Assembly (NCBI GenBank): GCA_038883715.1
Contig: JAVZLS010000004.1
Coordinates: 19,144-83,143 of the forward strand
DNA from: Candidatus Bathyarchaeia archaeon
Lineage (GTDB): Archaea > Thermoproteota > Bathyarchaeia > Bathyarchaeales > Bathycorpusculaceae
Length of the DNA: 64,000 nt
Reading direction: 5' to 3'
The notes under the pieces were generated by a model that worked only from the letters and a program-made list of their open reading frames with translations, had not been told where the DNA came from and did not search any database. The position numbers were made by a program, and so were the translations under genes. This document shows, one piece after another, positions 41,601-48,674 of this stretch; position 1 is the stretch's first letter, and the number at the start of each line of letters is the position of its first letter.

Positions 41601-42185
41601 CATGGCGGTGCGGATGGAAATGTCTGCTGCCCTAAGTTTCTCTTCAGCTTCGGCTTTTTCCGCGTCGTATTGGGCTATCCCAACGAGGTCTTCAATTATT
41701 TTCCGCCTTTCCATTGGAGAGATGTCCGTCAGGCGGGTTATGGTGCCTTGCAACACGATGTTTTGGCTGGTGGAGCTTATGCCAGCCATTGAAAGAATTT
41801 CCATTATGTGAACCCTTGAGATTCGCCTTCCATTAAGCCTATAAACTGACTGCCCATTCCGGTAGACTTCGCGGGATATTGTGACAGTCGCCGTGTCAAC
41901 TGGTATGCGTCCATCGGAGTTGTCAAACTGTATAACCACTTTAGCCATCCTAGCCCTTTCCAGCCCAGCCTTCTCCGAACCGTGAAAAATTAGTTTGGCA
42001 GCGTTTTCAGCGCGAAGCCTTTTAGTGCTTAATTCGCCTAGGGCGAACAAAACAGCGTCAACAACATTTGTTTTCCCGCTTCCATTAGGGCCTGTTATGG
42101 CTGTAAAACCCTTATCTAGGACTATTTTTGCCGTCTCTCCGAAGGATTTGAAACCTTTAATTTCTATTTTTTTGATATAGGGCAT
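38637..42185 (-). CDS. smc: Chromosome segregation protein SMC
   Basis: GFKSF, GPNGSGKTN, hinge (GVYGRL..., G.LESG), SGGE, LDEIDAHLD; long coiled coils. Confidence 0.97.
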   Translation of the reverse strand: MPYIKKIEIKGFKSFGETAKIVLDKGFTAITGPNGSGKTNVVDAVLFALGELSTKRLRAENAAKLIFHGSEKAGLERARMAKVVIQFDNSDGRIPVDTATVTISREVYRNGQSVYRLNGRRISRVHIMEILSMAGISSTSQNIVLQGTITRLTDISPMERRKIIEDLVGIAQYDAEKAEAEEKLRAADISIRTAMGRIEEVQRRVEDLERERNELLRYNFLKNEIKKFEAVKLSHDIAQIQEKIKRDSIQAEKIKSRLEKIRTLRDQYRQKRREIEGEWRKLSSEIVEEGGSQVFRVQMKIGELKSKLTELATKISSGKTSLEGLKRVRENSLQQYQSIRNEIRENRLKIRKLRSEYERIISQINTKQAEHDALAQEAAQLWESIGENSKKIREIELQLDRDYKRLAFLRSEHAKSQTAIKIRERRLRDLSERKERFATTLSELGKSLAELIKVQKEQKTQLKNLERMLERRIAQKEAIEREIAEAGKIAESAREAVVEFATQRELAETVAAEEKALKSIEELGELGVIQGVYGRLRNLIKIDKAYQQAIEVAAGGWLDALVVKDFDAAFTCTETLRRMKLGRIKIIPLEAVSTTKPVKVPEGGNISGAAFSFVKCAKQYEPAVYFVFGDTLIVPEDKTAFELSSKGYRVVTVNGDLYEPGGALESGYYRAPIDFSAIIPSEAAIKSLDEAVRALQQHLSRRGSDIATLEEEIDRTRVEIARLSEAITTLDREISRVKRSIKRTKSNVRRIESNIKRIEGEIEAEKAKIWTYRAERSTLQKEIRKLQSELASLRRKVDPANIQEMEVKREKLAEEINTLRQKLGAVQTEISTLQSQFDNVLRVGYKNAKIQLAKVEQQLRKVESEVEEALQEREKLKQELAELEKSRIELSKTVLSAKEEAQKFSNQIDEIDKELRNIEAEYEETDRLLNQYQLNIQTSIIQLEQWRNQLRQFGYEKPLEVTAREVEEASASLQMLQFELERISGVNQLALSHYAEQISRYKELSLRMNELEREKQVILKFMEEIESKKHKVFMEAFEKINQNMQKYFSKLTGSGTANLILENPEEPFSGGIDMIVQFPNKPSIVVSGASGGERSVAAVAFLFAIKDFTPASFYILDEIDAHLDAFHVSRLADVLLEESEKAQFIVITLKPEMVNKAQKVYGVYGRNGVSYVVSAKFLEVPS

Positions 42186-42305
42186 TAAGCTGGGCCCTCA
42201 CCCCTAGATGAAACCGTGAACATACCGTTTTAGTGTGATTTCTGTGCTGTTTCGCTATAAAAGTGTTGCATCCTTCACGTTTTAACGGTTATGCACTTTT
42301 TAACG

Positions 42306-42818
42306 CTACTTTTCGGGCTTAAAACCATATTTTGTAGCCATTTTCTTGACAAAATCTTTAAGGCGTTCATCATCGCCGTAGACAAGTAGGAAGCCGTCAC
42401 TTTGCACTTCAAATGAAAGGTTTAATTCGCCAGCCAGAGCCTTCAAAGTCTCTATGGGCATTTCTTCGGAAGGCTTAATGCGTATCCAACGTTGGTCTCT
42501 TGGCAGTCCGGGGACAAAGCGGGTTTCCTCTTCCTCATCGAAAACTTTTCTGCTTGCTTCCTCCAGTCTTTTAACCCATCCTTCAATGTATTTGTCTCCG
42601 AACCTTTGTCCCTCCGAAATGAGGTAAGCCTCAACATTGTTTAGGTATTCCTCAATTTTTTGGCTTGTTTCAAGGCGTGTGGGGTCAGCCTTCAAAACAT
42701 TGATTAGAGTTCTCGCGTTACGTAAATCGTTAAGGATGTCCGCTGGAACCACTGTACCTTTTTTCTTTAAGTCTGTAATCATTTCTTCTAAAACTTTCCA
42801 GACAGCTAAATAACCCAA
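42306..42818 (-). CDS. Conserved archaeal protein, DUF2096-like
   Basis: WKVLEEMITDL...FVPGLPR..WIRI pattern. Confidence 0.7.
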   Translation of the reverse strand: MGYLAVWKVLEEMITDLKKKGTVVPADILNDLRNARTLINVLKADPTRLETSQKIEEYLNNVEAYLISEGQRFGDKYIEGWVKRLEEASRKVFDEEEETRFVPGLPRDQRWIRIKPSEEMPIETLKALAGELNLSFEVQSDGFLLVYGDDERLKDFVKKMATKYGFKPEK

Positions 42819-42902
42819 CTTTCCACCAGCCTTTAATCTTGATTTTGAACTATAAAAAGCGTTATTTTCAACAATCGGCGAAGCGACTAGATTTAGAAAC
42901 TG

Positions 42903-43346
42903 CTAGACTCTTCTTCCCCTTCTTCCGCCAGGTCTCCGTGTGCCATCATGCGGTATAGGCGTGACCTCTTCTATCCTGCCTATGCGGAATCCTGCTCTAG
43001 CTAGGGCTCTTATGGCTGCTTGTGCGCCTGGTCCAGGCGTTCTTGGTCCTGGTCCGCCTGGCGCCCGCACTTTTATGTGGATGGCTGTTATTCCCTTGTC
43101 TTTGGCTATTTCTGCTGCTGCTGAGGCTGCCCTCATGGCGGCGTATGGCGACGACTCCAGCCTGTCGGCTTTAACGAACATGCCGCCTGATGTTCTAGCT
43201 ATGGTTTCTGCTCCTGAAAGGTCTGTTATGTGGACTATTGTGTTGTTGTAGGAGCTGTATATGTGGACTACGCCCCACTTTTCAGTTTTTTTCGCTGCGG
43301 TTGTTGTTCCGCTTGTGCTTGTGCCTCCGCTACTGCCACTGCTCAT
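42903..43346 (-). CDS. rps11: 30S ribosomal protein S11
   Basis: [37 protein letters not shown]; start set at ATG 43346. Confidence 0.97.
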   Translation of the reverse strand: MSSGSSGGTSTSGTTTAAKKTEKWGVVHIYSSYNNTIVHITDLSGAETIARTSGGMFVKADRLESSPYAAMRAASAAAEIAKDKGITAIHIKVRAPGGPGPRTPGPGAQAAIRALARAGFRIGRIEEVTPIPHDGTRRPGGRRGRRV

Positions 43347-43347
43347 T

Positions 43348-43920
43348 TTATTCTTCACCCCTCTCTTTTCCAGCTTTCTTTCCAGCCTGTGTCGTGGCTG
43401 CAACGGCTATCATTTGGCGTATTGGGTGGCTTGGATTTGCCATGGGGCTGTCCGACGCGTAGGCAATTTTATCCTCTTCTTCTCTCGTCACTAGGTAGCT
43501 TGGCACTGTCACGCGTTGGTCGCCTATCACTATATGTCCGTGAGTTATTAGCTGCCTAGCTTGATAAATTGATTTGGCTAGTCCCTTTCTGAAGACTATT
43601 GTTTGGAGGCGCCTTTCAAGTATGTCCTCAACTGTTAAGTCTAAAACGTCGTCTAAAACTGCTGTTTCATGGATTATTCCGAGCTTCTTTAAGCGTGATA
43701 GGAGTTCTTCCTCCATTTTTCTCCTTTCTTCCGGAGCCTTCCCTATTAGGGAGCGGGCTATGCCCCTAAATTTTGAAAGCATGGTTTTGTGGCGCCACAA
43801 TTCGCGTTTATTCCGCAAGCCATACTGTCCCAAAAGTTTAAGCTCTTCTTGGAGGACGTCTGTCCGCCATGGGAAACGCGGTGTTTCATACTTCTTTTTC
43901 TGTTTTTTAGGGTCTCCCAT
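43348..43920 (-). CDS. rps4: 30S ribosomal protein S4
   Basis: [33 protein letters not shown]. Confidence 0.97.
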   Translation of the reverse strand: MGDPKKQKKKYETPRFPWRTDVLQEELKLLGQYGLRNKRELWRHKTMLSKFRGIARSLIGKAPEERRKMEEELLSRLKKLGIIHETAVLDDVLDLTVEDILERRLQTIVFRKGLAKSIYQARQLITHGHIVIGDQRVTVPSYLVTREEEDKIAYASDSPMANPSHPIRQMIAVAATTQAGKKAGKERGEE

Positions 43921-43922
43921 GG

Positions 43923-44417
43923 TTACTTGCCACCGCCTCCAGGTTTCGCGGCAGCCTTCTTCTTAACCCCAACGGCTTTGCCCGTCCTCCCTGTTGTCCG
44001 TGTTCTTTGTCCCCTAACCTTTAATCCATAGGCGTGTCTGTATCCCCGCCAAGACTTCAGCTCCTTCATTTTTTCGATATCCATTTTTGTTCTTAGGATT
44101 AGGTCTGCGCTTATTAGGTGCATGTCCTTTCCAGTTTCTAAATCCTTCCGCCTGTTTAAGAGCCAGCCTGGTAGCCCAAATTTTGTTGGTTCTTTGATTA
44201 TTTCCTCTATTTTTTCAACTTCCGCCTCTGTTAAGAAGCCAGCCCTTATGTTTGGGTCTATTCCAGCCTTTTTGAGGATGGCGTTGGCTAGGTTTAGGCT
44301 TATGCCCTTAATCTTTCTCAGGGCGTAGGGCGCCTTCAGGGTGCCGTCTATGTCTGTGTCCGTTATCCTTAGTATGTGGCGGAACTCTCTGGCTGTTTGG
44401 CTTGACATTCTATGCAT
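43923..44417 (-). CDS. rps13: 30S ribosomal protein S13
   Basis: WLLNRRKD, SWRGYRH..GLKVRGQRTRTTGR. Confidence 0.97.
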   Translation of the reverse strand: MHRMSSQTAREFRHILRITDTDIDGTLKAPYALRKIKGISLNLANAILKKAGIDPNIRAGFLTEAEVEKIEEIIKEPTKFGLPGWLLNRRKDLETGKDMHLISADLILRTKMDIEKMKELKSWRGYRHAYGLKVRGQRTRTTGRTGKAVGVKKKAAAKPGGGGK

Positions 44418-44532
44418 CCGTTCCCTGTTTGCAAACTAGAAGTTAATCATATTTTATTTAAACTTTCCTAGTCGAAGGGAACCGAAAAACACTTAACAAC
44501 GCATTTAAACAGCATTTTAAACTGGGCTGAAA

Positions 44533-44874
44533 ATGAGCGGCACACTGCTTGAGGACACTGTTTCGGAAGCCTTCCGAAAGAGGGGCTTCATAGTTTTTAC
44601 AAGGCAGAATCACTGTGATGTTTTGGCTGTCAAGCCCGACATGAGTTTGGCTTACCTTGTGGAGTGCAAGGATTATGCCCTATCCAGAAAACAACAGGTT
44701 TTGGCTGTTAGGGAGCTTAACCGCAATTACACCCATGCGTTGGAACTTTTGATAAAGCAGCGCTTATGTCCGCAGAAAATATTGAAGGTTCTTGTGGCTA
44801 GGGGCTTTGCCTACCAAGCAAGGGGCATACTGCAATACACTCCGGAAAATTTTATTATGCATATTTCTTCGTGA
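44533..44874 (+). CDS. Small PD-(D/E)XK nuclease-fold protein (Mrr/Hjc-like)
   Basis: LE..V...F...GF, CDVLAV, LVECK. Confidence 0.7.
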   Translation: MSGTLLEDTVSEAFRKRGFIVFTRQNHCDVLAVKPDMSLAYLVECKDYALSRKQQVLAVRELNRNYTHALELLIKQRLCPQKILKVLVARGFAYQARGILQYTPENFIMHISS

Positions 44875-44974
44875 AAATAGTGATTTGGCGTAATAAATCA
44901 TAAATCGTAATATAGGTTAAATCTTTTAAGCAGAATAGCCTATAACAGAAAGTGTAAGCGGATGGTTGGTTTGA

Positions 44975-45310
44975 ATGAGTAGGAGTGGGGAAGAGGAGAA
45001 GATTAAGCGTATATTGACGGATCCTAGGCTTTCGGCTATTAAGGCTATGTTGGAGAAGGATCATGCTATTGACTGTATTTTCCTGCTTTATATGGGGCGG
45101 GGGAAGTGGAAGGAAGCTAAGGAGTTTATGAGGGCTAATGGCTTGACGCTTAGTGATGGCACTTTCAGGGCTAGGATGATGGAGATTGAGGAACTTGGCT
45201 TAGCGAAAAGCGAGCGGTTAGACCCTTTGAAGAAGAAGTATGAGAAGACAGAGTTTGGCGATAAAGTGGCGAGGCTTCTGCTGAAGTTCTTTGATGAGCT
45301 TGGCGTTTAG
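44975..45310 (+). CDS. Winged helix-turn-helix protein
   Basis: LSDGTFRARMMEIEELGL recognition helix, Y.KTEFG wing. Confidence 0.75.
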   Translation: MSRSGEEEKIKRILTDPRLSAIKAMLEKDHAIDCIFLLYMGRGKWKEAKEFMRANGLTLSDGTFRARMMEIEELGLAKSERLDPLKKKYEKTEFGDKVARLLLKFFDELGV

Positions 45311-45380
45311 GCTTCTCCTCTTTGATGTGCTGAAAGAGTGGTAAGGTCTCTGGTAATTTCGATTTGTAGTTTATTTAAAT

Positions 45381-45556
45381 GTCAATTTTGTTGTTAGCGG
45401 AGAACTGCAAAATTGGTAGCCCCCCTCTAGAATTTGGATAATTTTCTGGCGCCATTTTCTCTATCCCCTCCCTCTCTAGGTTTTGTCACGGTGCAAGTCA
45501 ATTTTAGGAGCGCAGATGTTGTTAAATTTGATACCCCCTCTAGGATTTCATGTGGT
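45381..45556. repeat. Degenerate ~60-bp direct repeat with three CCC(C/T)CTCTAG cores
   Basis: GTCAATTTT at 45381 and 45497; CTCTAG cores ending at 45430, 45479 and 45543. Confidence 0.6.
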
Positions 45557-45723
45557 TTTGGTTTATGGGTATGCCAATAGTGGCCAGTCCCTTTATGGTT
45601 TTTGTGGCGTGGTTTTGTTGTTTTGTTTTACAAATGGATAATATGGTGTATTAAGTCGTAAGATTTAAATTCTAAGCTTCCCCTAACATACACGACAACA
45701 AAAAGGGAGGGATTAAAAAGAAA

Positions 45724-46158
45724 ATGAAAATACTGAAGAACGTTAAAGCCCTAAGCCCCGTAGTAGCATCCATCATACTCATAGCAGTAACAGTCGCCGT
45801 CAGCCTAGCCGTAGCCATATGGATGGGCTCACTAGCAACACCACAAGCAGAACAACTAAACATTATCGATATCAGATTTGACAAAACTGGAGGGAAGGTT
45901 TACATAGACGTCTCAAACACAGGTTCGATAACCGTAACGATTAGTGACATCAGAATCGACGACATCTCATATAAAGACTTTAAGAGTGCTGGCGGAACTT
46001 TGTCAGACACTCTACCATATGACTTGGCTAAAGGTACCACACATACATTTACAATAACATTCACTACATGGAATTTCACTTCGGGAGTCCCATATAACTT
46101 CAAGATCCTTACTGCAAAGGGCAACATTTTCGGACCAAAACAAGCAATTCCGCCATAG
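45724..46158 (+). CDS. Archaeal type IV pilin (class III signal peptide)
   Basis: KA/LSPVVASIILIAVTVAVSLAV cleavage site plus hydrophobic helix; E.L.I, V.NTG...I.I and Y.FKI.T..GN Ig-like pilin pattern. Confidence 0.9.
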   Translation: MKILKNVKALSPVVASIILIAVTVAVSLAVAIWMGSLATPQAEQLNIIDIRFDKTGGKVYIDVSNTGSITVTISDIRIDDISYKDFKSAGGTLSDTLPYDLAKGTTHTFTITFTTWNFTSGVPYNFKILTAKGNIFGPKQAIPP

Positions 46159-46249
46159 CTTTCTTTGATGTGTTGGGATTGGGGGTAGGGTGTTAGCCGT
46201 ACCAAAATTTCCCTCTATTCTATTGTTCGTGTTGGAGGTGTAAAATCGT

Positions 46250-46675
46250 ATGGTGGTAGAGATAAAGGAGTATGCTTCGGCTGAAGACATAGCCGAAACC
46301 CTGGAAAAACAGATTGCCGAAACTAAGAGTACTTTAGGCGAGTACCTGCGCCGCCTGGACGAGATTAGGGCTTTGGCTGAAAAGTCTAAGAAGATCCGTG
46401 AAGTGGTTATGAAGTTGGCTGGGAAGAAGGCGGCTGCCGAAAGCCTAGGCGAAATAACAGTTGGCAGCCTAAGCATTGTTTTAGATGCTAATCCATTCCA
46501 TGAATTGACAGCCATAGAGCAGGTTGTACGCAGTTATCAGGAGAGGCTTCTGGTCTTGCAGAAAGCCCGCGAAGCCCTAAAGTGGCTTGACCAGCTGGGC
46601 GACACTGAAGGCTTAAAATACATTGTTGTTGAAAACGACGGCGTTCCGGAGCGCATCCTATTCAAGATAACATAA
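46250..46675 (+). CDS. Hypothetical coiled-coil protein (helix-hairpin-helix)
   Basis: Heptad-rich helices around a central beta segment; GGAGGTG SD upstream. Confidence 0.8.
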   Translation: MVVEIKEYASAEDIAETLEKQIAETKSTLGEYLRRLDEIRALAEKSKKIREVVMKLAGKKAAAESLGEITVGSLSIVLDANPFHELTAIEQVVRSYQERLLVLQKAREALKWLDQLGDTEGLKYIVVENDGVPERILFKIT

Positions 46676-46706
46676 GCCAAAAGCCTCCTTTCAAAGTGGT
46701 GAAAAC

Positions 46707-47546
46707 ATGATGGAAAATGATGTCTATGCGATTGCGCTACAAAATGCCTTAAACGAGATGCGAAACGCTTGCCCAGAAATACAGCACGCCTTCATCTTTA
46801 AAGAGACAGGCGAAATAATCGCCGGAGACGCGGAAACTCCACAAAAAGTCATAGTTCGGGTTTTAGACGCCTTCAACGGCATCTTCAACAGGGCTGAAGC
46901 CATAGGAGGCGTTGAGGCGGTAACCCTAAAATGTGGCGGCGGCACAGTAACCCTCCACAGTTTCGGCGAAAATCACCTCATCATGGTCACGTCTGCAAAG
47001 GCAGACCTAAACTACATAAACACTTTAACCCGCGTCCTAATTCCAACAGTTCTTAAACTGCTAGAGAAAATCAGCCCTACCCCCCTCAAAAACATACCCT
47101 CACATAAGGCTGCAGCGCCAACACCGACAATGCCGATTATAAGCGAACCAGAAACCTCAAAAATCGGCGAATCTCTAGGGAAAGAAGTTGCTGAAGAACC
47201 GACTATAGAAAAGCCGAAAGAAGAGGAAGTTAAAACAGAAGTGCCATCCTTCGAGGTGCCAGCCACACAGCTCATAGTGGAAAACATTGGAGGCTTGCTG
47301 GTACCATCCGACACCGTGCGCATAGACAACGAAACCCTAACCCAATGGGAAAACATGTTTGAAGGCAAAAAAGTTGAATACGTTGAAATAGAAACCTTCG
47401 ATGGAAAAACAACAAAGTGCAAAGTTAAACCCATAAAAGACTCGAAATACCTTGGCAAAGGGATAGTGCAAATCCCAGAAAAAATGCAGTTAACCCTAGA
47501 AATAAAGAAGGGCGAACTCGTCCGGGTTAAGCCCATAATAGAATAA
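46707..47546 (+). CDS. Roadblock/LC7-like domain + Pro/Glu linker + CDC48-N-like double-psi beta-barrel
   Basis: LNEMRNACPEIQHAFIF..GEII roadblock pattern; C-terminal VRID...VEIE...GKGIVQIP..M...GELVRV. Confidence 0.7.
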   Translation: MMENDVYAIALQNALNEMRNACPEIQHAFIFKETGEIIAGDAETPQKVIVRVLDAFNGIFNRAEAIGGVEAVTLKCGGGTVTLHSFGENHLIMVTSAKADLNYINTLTRVLIPTVLKLLEKISPTPLKNIPSHKAAAPTPTMPIISEPETSKIGESLGKEVAEEPTIEKPKEEEVKTEVPSFEVPATQLIVENIGGLLVPSDTVRIDNETLTQWENMFEGKKVEYVEIETFDGKTTKCKVKPIKDSKYLGKGIVQIPEKMQLTLEIKKGELVRVKPIIE

Positions 47547-47562
47547 ATTGGAGGCAAAGGTT

Positions 47563-47961
47563 ATGACAAAGAGAAAGAAAAGCCTGGAAGAAACCGCACC
47601 CGCAGAAGCGCTAGTCCCACCAATAGCCATAGAAACAGCAACAACAGAAGACCTAAAAACCCGCCTAGAAGAGATTAAGGGCTACGAAGGCGTTATAGGG
47701 TATATACTGCGAAACGCCACATCAGCCGCAATAGACCTCAAAGACCCAACAAAACTAATAGAATACGCCATCCTATCCTCATCGGCACTGGACGCGGCAG
47801 AAGAACTATCAGAGCTTTTCAGCCTAGGAGAATTCAACAACATCCTTGTGGAAGGGAGAGACGTCAAAATCCTCTCCCTAACAATAGGCGAAAACAGAAT
47901 AAGCATATTTCTCGAGAAAAATGCCGACATAGAAAAACCCCTCAAAAAACTCCAATTTTAA
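47563..47961 (+). CDS. Roadblock/LC7 (MglB-like) protein
   Basis: LEEIKGYEGVIGYIL...LG.FNNILVEG...IL; GGAGG SD at 47550. Confidence 0.8.
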   Translation: MTKRKKSLEETAPAEALVPPIAIETATTEDLKTRLEEIKGYEGVIGYILRNATSAAIDLKDPTKLIEYAILSSSALDAAEELSELFSLGEFNNILVEGRDVKILSLTIGENRISIFLEKNADIEKPLKKLQF

Positions 47962-48071
47962 AGGGGCTTAGGGACAAAATCCCTCATTTTCCAACACGCT
48001 TCTACTCTTTTTCAGAATACTTAAATTTGTCTGTGTAAATTATTTTATTTGGGAGAAGGGGAACCTTTTAA

Positions 48072-48087
48072 GCCTCCTAAAGGAGGC
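48072..48087. promoter_or_regulatory. Palindrome (candidate operator) upstream of wHTH gene
   Basis: GCCTCCT-AA-AGGAGGC directly after TTTTAA and 6 bp before TTG 48094. Confidence 0.45.
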
Positions 48088-48093
48088 GATTTA

Positions 48094-48381
48094 TTGAAAT
48101 TGCAAACAAATAACACGAGCCGTAGCAATAAACATCGAGGAAGCCTAGACATAATCGCAGATATTCTAGAGGCCTCAAAAGGGAAAACGAGGAAAACATA
48201 CCTCATGTACCGCTGCAATTTAAGCTTCAGACAACTGAAAAACTACTTGAACCTTCTCCTAAAAAGGGGACTCTTAAAAGCCATAGAGGACAACAGCAAC
48301 AACACAAGCTTGTTTAGGATTACGGAGAAGGGCGAACGCTTCCTAGAAACCTACAAGGGTTTAGTGGGGCTTATGGAGTAA
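48094..48381 (+). CDS. Winged-helix transcription regulator (HTH_45-like)
   Basis: R..LDIIADIL...KT.LMYRCNLSF.QL..YL..L...GLL...F.ITEKG. Confidence 0.85.
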   Translation: MKLQTNNTSRSNKHRGSLDIIADILEASKGKTRKTYLMYRCNLSFRQLKNYLNLLLKRGLLKAIEDNSNNTSLFRITEKGERFLETYKGLVGLME

Positions 48382-48612
48382 AGTTTTGAGGTAAACATCG
48401 CTAAGCCTCACTTTTCCGCCGCTTTCATCAACAACCACAAAATTATACTTGGCGAGAAATTCTATCGCCTTTTTAAGGTCTTGACGACTAAGATTTGTTT
48501 TGCGTTGTATATCATCTAAAAGGTGCCATTTGCCATCCTCAAGCAGTTCAAGAATCTCTGCAATAGACTTATCCGTGAACGTGTCCTCCAGCGTACTTAC
48601 TAGTTTTGCCAA
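48361..48612 (-). CDS. Small winged-helix protein
   Basis: ILELLEDGKWH.L.DI....LS......IEFL..Y.FV. Confidence 0.75.
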   Translation of the reverse strand: MAKLVSTLEDTFTDKSIAEILELLEDGKWHLLDDIQRKTNLSRQDLKKAIEFLAKYNFVVVDESGGKVRLSDVYLKTLLHKPH

Positions 48613-48674
48613 AATTGTTTAAATGCCTTCTGAAGTTTTCTTTTAGAGGCTTTTTCTAGAACAAAAAACGCGGA

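Noticed and set aside
45381-45556. Possible CRISPR mini-array
   Set aside because: Repeats are degenerate, spacing is irregular (49 and 64 bp between cores), and no cas genes are present
45588-45713. Imperfect inverted repeat around the pilin promoter (invertible switch)
   Set aside because: The match is short, gapped and explained by the G/T versus A/C composition flip; no recombinase nearby
44533-48612. Integrated virus or plasmid
   Set aside because: No integrase, tRNA/att duplication, capsid or replication protein recognised
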